NCBI GenBank assembly: GCA_964016885.1
Contig: OZ024756.1
Span: 24,304,001 to 24,368,000 of the forward strand
Direction of reading: 5' to 3'
DNA from: Eledone cirrhosa
Lineage: Eukaryota
DNA length: 64,000 nt
A model generated the notes under the pieces. It was given only the letters and a program-made list of their open reading frames with translations, made no database searches and was not told the origin of the DNA. This document shows positions 55,839 through 64,000 of this stretch, one piece after another. The first letter of the stretch is position 1. Each line of letters begins with the position of its first letter. The position numbers and the translations under genes were made by a program.

Positions 55839-57736
55839 ATGTCCAATGCACCTTAAGTTCAAATACCATCGAGGTCAGCGTTACCTTTCATTCCTCAGGG
55901 GTCAATAACAAAGTACCATTCCAGAGGAGTGGGATTGTTAAGTGTCACACGAAATACCTTGTGGTATTTGTTTCAGCTTTTTATGTTCTGATTAGACACA
56001 GTATAGCCATATGGTTGATTAGAGGCAAGGGAGATGGGATGAGAGAAAAATGTCAATGATTTATTTTGTTTCAACAAAATAGAAACTGGTTTATTTCTGA
56101 TAAAATAAAGCTCACGATTATGGTGTAAAATGATGTCGAGGGGGAAGAAGCTCCTCCATCGATCACAAATTCTATAAAAACCCATTCAAATAAAAAAATA
56201 GTTTTGTTTAAGTTCATACCTATGAATTTATAAAGTTAAAAATTAAATATTTTTTTCTCGGCAAAGTTCTGAGACACTAGCAATTTCACCACCACTGCTA
56301 CTAACTACTGACTAACCATATAATATTAAGTAATGCCATAGATGGCTAAATGGTTAAGAGTTTTGCTTTGCAATCTTTAGATCCTGGATTTGAACCCACT
56401 GCATGACATCTTGGACAGGTATCGTTTACTATAGCCTTGGGTCAATACAAACCGTGTGAATTGAAATTGTTCAGAAGCCCATTGGATTGATTGTACCAGT
56501 AATTCAAAGGCCCAGCCTTATCCTACACAGTGTCATGCTGAATCTCCCTAAGAATTACGTTGTTCAGGCTCTGCATGTCTGTGTATTGCTCAGCCACTTA
56601 CACATTAATTTTATGAGCAGGCTGTTCAACTGCTCACACAACTGGAATATCCATTGTCAAAACCAGTACTCCTTGCTGTAATACCAGTTACAATAGTATG
56701 TTTTCTGTTCCTTAAATGGTTGAGTATTCCACAGACACCTCTATATACCTTTAATGTAATCCCCATTTCCAATCAGCCTGACATAATATGTGACAAGGTT
56801 GAAACTTTGAAGTACAGATACAATCCTTTTCACAGCTGTCCCCAAATGGCTGGATTTCTTTTTTTTTTTTCTTTTTCCTTTGCTTTGGATTTTACAATTT
56901 GGCTACTGTTCTACAATATTTAATGTCAATTACATTCATTTTAAGTTTTGTAATAGTACAATACAGTGTTACCATAGGTCATTTATATACCTGTATACTT
57001 AACTCCAATTATTAATGGGGTTTCTTTCTTTCTTTTTATTTTAGATGATCAAATATGCTGCCTGTTCTACGATATAAGGAGAAATGGAATTAGCTAGTAA
57101 AACAGGTGATGGTTCCATAGCCTGATATTCGAGCAGATGTCTATGAAATCTTGCAAGAAAGATCATATTTCCTCAATGTTAAAACTAGTAAAACAGGTGA
57201 TGGTTCCATAGCCTGAGGTCCAAGTAGATGTCTATGAAATCCTGCAAGAAAGACCATATTTCCTCAATGCCAAAATGGGTTGCTGCATTTAGAGTTGCAC
57301 AATTTCTGGAAATTTTAATGGTAGAGATGTATTTGGCTGTTCTTGGCACAAACTGAAATAGATTCAAAACTGTGTTACTATTCTATATGATACCATAACA
57401 AATACTGTATGGAGGACAATAGTTAGTCTATGAGTATAACTATCATAATTACAACAGTATAGTCACATTAGAGAGGCACAGTATAGGGAAACATATTAGA
57501 GGAACAGTAAATAGGCACAGTACAGAGACACATTATAATCACAGAACAGAGTCACAGTACAGACTTATTATGGAGGCATATTATAGAGTCACAGTACAGA
57601 GGCACATTATAAACAAGGTTTTATAACCTAATCATTTTTAACACAAAGCACAAGGCTACAAATTTAAGAGATGAGAATAATATTAATCAATTTTATCAAA
57701 CCCACACTTAAGACAAAGTTAACCCTTTCATTACTA

Positions 57737-58195
57737 TCCAAACCATAATAAAGTAAGAAGCACGGGATTGCATACGGTTTATAATGTTTTATCCCCTTAG
57801 TAAAATAAGTTGGATTACTTTGAATGAATATTACATAATTTATCTACTAAATTTCGTGGCTGTTCATTAAATATATTTTATTATTTATTTAAAGATTTAA
57901 TTCTTTAAAATTGTCAAATGTCAACCACTTAAATAAATACTCATATATTTCCATCACTAATTTTCTCCTAATGCAGTTTATATATAATATCGTCTTTTTT
58001 TTTTAATGTATCATGGATTACATTACTGATTAAATAAGACAGTGTAACGCAGTCTTCATTCAATTTCTGTGTATATTGTCAATTACGATTTTATTTGATG
58101 CATCATATCTACATGCATATATACTTGCGTATAATATCAATATACACACTACACATCCTAGCAGAAAACCACCCGAAGGGTGGTTTTTCTGCTAG
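57737..58195 (+). mobile_element. Non-autonomous Helitron-like element (~459 bp) inserted into a MITE
   Basis: It splits the host motif TAACCCTTTCATTAC(C/T)A|TATTTCTAATGAAAG exactly between A and T. It starts TC, ends CTAG and has a terminal hairpin at 58158-58195. Confidence 0.75.
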
Positions 58196-58449
58196 TATTT
58201 CTAATGAAAGATACTGCTTAGGAGTTTGAAAATAATCAAGAGTTTAGAGGGGTTTAGTAACATAACTAACTTTCTCATTATTAAACTGGTGTTTGGAACA
58301 TAACTTCACAAAGGTTCTTACATTTTAACGGTTTCCACTTTAAATAAAAATCTTCCAACATAATTTTATATAAAAATCTTCCATTAATTTACTATCTTAG
58401 TAATGAAATAATTAATAATCTAAGTAACTCCCTCGAAATTCTTCTTCTG

Positions 58450-58667
58450 CTTCTTTTTCTTCAGCCAATTACTCCTGAGAGGGTTGTGGGAGCAGAGTCC
58501 TCAAACACTCCTTCCAGTGGGTCCTGTCAGAACCAACCGTCTCCAAGTGAGACCAGCCAAGCTCATGGATGTTATCCAACCATCTTGCTCGGGGTCTGCC
58601 TCTGGGTCTCTTGCCAGTTGGTTTTGCCTGTAAAATCTGTCCAGGTATTCTTTCCTGAGACATTCTA
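58450..58667 (-). mobile_element. RTE 3' fragment
   Basis: MSQERIPGQILQAKPTGKRPRGRPRARWLDNIHELG. Confidence 0.85.
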
Positions 58668-59120
58668 ATGATGATGATGATGGTAATGAATGTCTAATCC
58701 TTGATAGCAAGGAAGCTGGACTTTAAATGGTGATGAATCTCCCACACTTGATAGCAAGGAATGGTGAACATTAAATGATGATGATGACTAATAAAAACAG
58801 TGAAATTTGTTGATAAAAGATTAACACACTTACCTATGTAACCAATGTTGAAAAATTGATGCCATGAATAAGGAAATGGAACAGGTGATAAAGATAATAT
58901 TCCGAGGAAGATTCTGTAAAACACAGGTAAATATTGTATTTTGGTGGTGTTTTTTATTTTTTTTTTAATTGTTTTTAATTCATGTTCCTATTTTTTTTTT
59001 TTATTATCGTCAACACTTTATAACCTGGTTTTATTAACTGCTCTGACTATTACTACAACTACTTTTACTGCCACTACCACCATTATTACTATTCTATATA
59101 TTTGTATATGTATCATTTGA

Positions 59121-59461
59121 TCATCATCATCATTTCATTTTACGTTCGCTTTTTCCCTGCTTGCAAGGGTGGGACGGGAACTGATTCTGGCTTGATTTCT
59201 ACAGCTGGATGCCCTTCCTAACACCAACCTCATTTACAGTGAGTGCTGGGTGCTTTTTTTCCGTGGCGCCTACACGACCACTTTGCAGTGGAATGATATG
59301 GACCCCAGTCCCTATCATCTCATTTCTACAGCTGAGTAAACTGGAGCAATGTGAAATAAAGTGTCTTGCTCAAGGAAACAACACATCACCCGGTCTGAGA
59401 ATTGAACTCACAACCTTTCGATTGCAAGGCCAATGCTCTAACCACTAAGCCATGTGCCTCC
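59121..59461 (-). mobile_element. Near-identical inverted copy of the 13741 SINE
   Basis: Its reverse complement aligns end to end with 13741-14076; both give the same spurious MPFLTPTSFTVSAGCFF.. ORF. Confidence 0.85.
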
Positions 59462-59614
59462 ATTATATACACACACATAGAAATCCTGCCAGAAACAGTC
59501 CTGTATGAGCGAGACACGGTCTCTCGACCAATCTCACCTCAAGTGGGACAAAACCGTCCAACCCATGCTAGCGTGGAAGATGGACGTTAAACGATGATGA
59601 TGATGATGATGATG

Positions 59615-59647
<33 letters not shown>

Positions 59648-61779
59648 ATAGGAAGGGCATCCAGCCATAGAAAGCTTGCCAAAGAAAGAGTTGGGAGGAT
59701 TTTTCAGCTGTGTCAAAGACAGGACAACCTCTCCCGTGTACTTGGTAGAATGTGAGACCGTACATACGCAAGATGCAGACCACTCGGCCTGTCTGGGAGA
59801 TCAGCAACCCCGCCTCAGTGCTGACTTGGTCTATGTTGACCCGTGCAACCCTTGCTAGAAGGGAAAACAGACATTAAAACGGTGATGAAGAAAGATACTC
59901 ACTGATACTAAGATGATAATGACAATGATATTTAATGGGATACGAAAGATGTTCATAACAGTTGCCCGAGCTGCAATGTATAACAGGAGAAAAATATTAG
60001 TCACACATGGAAAGACTATTTCAATTTCTTCTAGAATTTACCAATGTTAAACATTTCTTGGGAAGGCATATGGCTTAGCAGTTAGAGAGTTGGATTCAGA
60101 ATCATGAGGTTGTGAGTTTGATTCCCGAGCTGGGCAATATATTATGTCCTTGAGCAAGACTCTTTATTTCACATTGCTCCTATTGCCAGGAGTTGCAACC
60201 GATAGATAGTACTAGCAATTAGAAAGATCAATGGAAACATTGTTTCCTTGGTCTGGTCTGACAAGTTCCACCCAACAACAGTAAGCGAATGAGGTGAGGT
60301 ATCAGGAAGATTCAGATCATTAAAAAAATAACGTTTCTAATGAAAGACACTAGCAATGATTTTTTTTTTTTTTTTTAAATCAATAATTTTGATAGATTTA
60401 GTAATATATCTAACTTTTTCATTAAAAAGCTGATCATGGAAGGCTTTTAGGTAACGTGTTGGCATTAGGAAGCTAAAATACAGATTCATATGTGCATAAA
60501 GTGGTCTCTGGACCTGACTTGTCTCATAATATGAAAACACACCTTAAATGATGACATATGTGTGTGTGTGTACATACATGACTGTTTAGATTTGTGTTGG
60601 TATTTATGTCTTGTAACTAACAGGTTGGACAAAGAAAAAATCAAACCCATGCTAGTGTAGAAAATGGACATTAAATGGTGATGATGATGATAAAATAAAC
60701 AAGTACTAGACTTAAAAAAATAAGTATTGGGGTAGATATGATTGACTAAATCAAACCATCATCACAAGAATAAAAGAAAAAAAAAGAAAAAACAACTTAA
60801 TAAAGGGGCTTCTACATGGTTGCTTGACAAGCTAAAAATAGCAGTCAAATTCGCCTCAAACTACTCTCTGTCTTTACAATACCGCATAGAGTACTGTTGT
60901 CTAAGATATACAATTCCAGAAGAAGAGACAGTATGGTAGTGGTTGGAATAAAATGCCTTTGATCATAAGTCTGTCTGCTCTACCAAGGGCTGACATGGGG
61001 TTAAACAGCAACAACAACTTACTGCTGTCTTTTAAGTATTTTCCTCTCATTGTTCCAATGGATGGCCAAAAAATTCCAACACAAACTTCAAACATAAGGA
61101 ATGCTTCAAATATGAGTGTCTGCTGCTGCAAAGGGAAGAAAATAAGGGATAGATAGATATATAGATAGAAAAGAAAGATATATATATATATATATATATA
61201 TACAGAGAAACCTACTACAGTCAGTAGGCATCTCTAACAAAATACACCCCCCGTCCCACCACCCCCACCCCATCGACCCTTTCAATGTAAAGTTATGTTG
61301 GTGCCACAACATCCAGGCCGAAACAAATGAGATCGTGTAGGTGTCACAACAAAAAAACACACAGTCCACGCTGTAATGTGGCCATGTAGGCAACACGGTA
61401 AAAACCTCCCAGCCCCACACTGTAAATGTGGTTGGAGTTAGGAAGAGCATCCAGCTGTAGAAAACCCGCCAGACAGTCCTATGCGAGCAAGATAATCACT
61501 CTAGCCTCAAGTGGGAAAACCCCCGTCCAAACCCATGCAAGCGTGGAACACGGACGTTAAACGTTGATGATGATGATGAGAGAGAGATAAATGTGGTTGA
61601 CATTAGGAAGGGCATCCAGCCATAGAAACCAAGCCAGAAACAGGTCTGTATGAGCAAGACACGGTCATCTGACCTGACTTGACTCACAACGGGACAACTG
61701 ATCTAACACATGCTAGCATGTAAAAATGAATGTTAAACAGTGATGATGCTGATGATAGATAGAGAACAGAGATAAATGT

Positions 61780-62160
61780 CATCATTTTTACATTCATTTT
61801 TCTGAGCTTGCATGGGTTGGATGGGTCCTTCTCAGCACGGCATCTCTCCACTCTCTGTGTTGCTTCATCACTCCCTCTGTGAGTTTGTGATTTGAGGTCA
61901 GCTCTGACAACCTCTGCCCATGTCTTTCTTGGTCATCCTCTATTGTGACATTCTTCCACTGGCATTTTTTGGCACTTTCACTCAATGATCATTGTCTATG
62001 CGCATCACATGTCCATACCAATGCACCACCTTGGATACCTCTTAAACCCAGCTTCTCCCTCAACTCGTCCAAGCTCTGCCTTTCTCTCACTTATATTGCA
62101 CATCCAATCTACATGTCCTCAGCAGTCACAGCCCATGTTTGACTACCATGCAGCATCAAA
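61780..62160 (-). mobile_element. Decayed RTE 3' end (third family) with (TGA)n tail
   Basis: The minus strand encodes frameshifted GHVMR..KKC..GRPRKTWAEVVRADL..EWRDAV-like segments ending in the AACCCATGCAAGC..TGATGA tail. Confidence 0.6.
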
Positions 62161-62929
62161 CTTCGCACACAGGTGTCCTTTTGTACATAAGGAGAAACCT
62201 ATATATATATAAATACCGTGACCTCTGGCGTCACGCAGTAATACAGAAGACCCGACTTACCACGGGTACAAGCCGAAGCTGAAGCATATAGACAATACCC
62301 CCCCCCCCTCTGCCCACTGTAAAGTGGTCGTGGAGGTGCCATGGCAAAAAAGCACCCAGCCCACACTGTAAAGTGGACGTGTAGGCGCCCACGGAAAAAA
62401 AAGCACCCAGCACTCACTGTAAATGAGGTTGGTGTTAAGAAGGGCATCCAGCTGTAGAAATCTCAAGCCAGAATCAGTTCCAGTATGAGCAAGACAAGGT
62501 CAGCCAACCAGACACTCCCCACAACAGGACAACCCATCTAACCCATGCTAGCATGGAAGAACAGACCTAAAACGGTGATGATGATATATATATACATATA
62601 TATATATATATTTAAAGATGGAAGTTGTCTATGTGCTCACCTTATACTCAGAAATTAAAAAACTGACACCCACAAAACAAAGAATTCAGAAAATGTGATA
62701 ACAAAAAAAATGTACACTATACATGGCAATAAGGAAACAAAAAGAACTGTTGAATATACAAGATTTTGATATTTATTTTGAGAAAAATACCTTAACATAA
62801 ATATGAACAGCCAGTTATGGCCGGTTTGAACAGAAAGAGGTGAAAGAATTCCGGCCAAATATGGCTGGTTTAAATGAGAAGGAAAGGAGGGAAAGCGCTA
62901 GAATTGTTAAGCAATGAAAGAGGGAAGGG

Positions 62930-63095
62930 GAGAGGATGACAGACTCTACACCTAACTCAAAGTGGTGTTTCAGCTGCGCCCCACAGACTAAATGGCTAAG
63001 ACATTGCCGCTGACAATGGCCAGTGACACCTGCTGCAACAGCCACCCCACCTCACGTAGCTCCTTCCTCAGGCAGGCTGCTGTCATTCTGATTTT
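62930..63095 (+). repeat. Unclassified dispersed repeat
   Basis: The GACACCTGCTGCAACAGCCACCCCACCTCA core is shared with 14105-14260 (-), more loosely with 20225-20372, and partly with 555-580. Confidence 0.6.
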
Positions 63096-63229
63096 ATGGA
63101 GGAGGTTAGCTGTACAGAGTTCAAGGATGCATGAGGTTTTGATGGTGACTGGTGGAAAGACTTCAACCTGTGTTCAGCTTTGGATTGCAAGTGTAGACTT
63201 ACTTTATACTAAATGATTGGAGATTTTTG

Positions 63230-63545
63230 TTTGACAGATTTTACAAGTAAAACCAACCAGCAGGGGATTCAGGGGTAGATAGACCCCGTGCAGGATGGTC
63301 TGATAACATCCATGACCTCAGCTAGTCTCGTTTGGGAATACAACTCCAATATTACAGACATAGTTAGAATGTCTAAGGAAAGAATCGCTGGACAGATTTT
63401 ACAGGCAATTGATGGTTGGATAAAAACCATGAGCTTGGCTGGTCTCACTTGGGGATCCAGCTGATTCAATTGAAGCTTCTGACATAACCCACTGGAAGGA
63501 GTGTTTGAGGGTTCTGCCCTTCATGACCCTACCAGGAATATGTAG
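63230..63545 (+). mobile_element. RTE 3' fragment, internally duplicated or rearranged
   Basis: Contains GACAGATTTTACA.. twice and GTTAGAATGTCTAAGGAAAGAATCGCTGG of the same family. Confidence 0.7.
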
Positions 63546-63906
63546 GCAAAGAAAAAGAAAAAGAAGAGTTTTTTATATCAATGTGTATTCATTTGTCAAC
63601 TAAGTTTATAATTCACAAATAAAGATTTTCAAAATATCTCAGTGAAAATGCAAGCACATTTGTTAACTACAAGATTTCTGATATATTTCACCATGATAAC
63701 TGTTCTCCAGTAATTTGTAAGAAAAAGATTTCTCACGTTTCAGTTACAAAATTTTCCTCCTCCTTCAGTGTGTTTGTGTTATTAAGACACTGTTAGAGTA
63801 TGTATGTGTGTGTGTGTGTGTTTTTGCTATTAAGATACCATTAGAATGTGTGTTTATTTGTGTTATTAAGACACTGTGAGAGACAAAAGATTTCCCAAAG
63901 ATTTCA

Positions 63907-63999
<93 letters not shown>

Positions 64000-64000
64000 T

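Overview
Very AT-rich, repeat-dense animal genomic DNA. The SINE, RTE and CR1 families and the (TA)n content point to an octopod cephalopod (inference). There are two credible protein-coding genes, both on the + strand. (1) An unrecognised ~1,384-aa low-complexity, Tyr/Asp/Asn/Ser-rich protein, encoded by a 4-kb exon (ATG 14867, donor after 18860) spliced in phase to a terminal exon at 22889-23049. (2) A divergent AF4/FMR2 (AFF/lilliputian)-family gene with its whole 1004-aa CDS in one exon (48597-51611). It keeps cyclin T1-, ELL- and AF9-binding-like motifs and a C-terminal homology domain. A ~16-kb strand-asymmetric (TA)n array (32.2-48.1 kb) lies between them and contains a 200-N gap and a non-autonomous Helitron. 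The most striking non-coding signal is a set of short, microsatellite-flanked Penelope-like elements from at least three sequence families. They carry type I hammerhead ribozyme folds, often as head-to-head inverted pairs, with a non-canonical pair at the base of stem II. The rest is Deu/Nin-domain SINEs, tRNA-head SINEs with RTE tails, RTE and CR1 LINE fragments, TTAA-flanked MITEs, a second Helitron, and micro- and minisatellites. All calls are by eye; no searches or folding programs were run.
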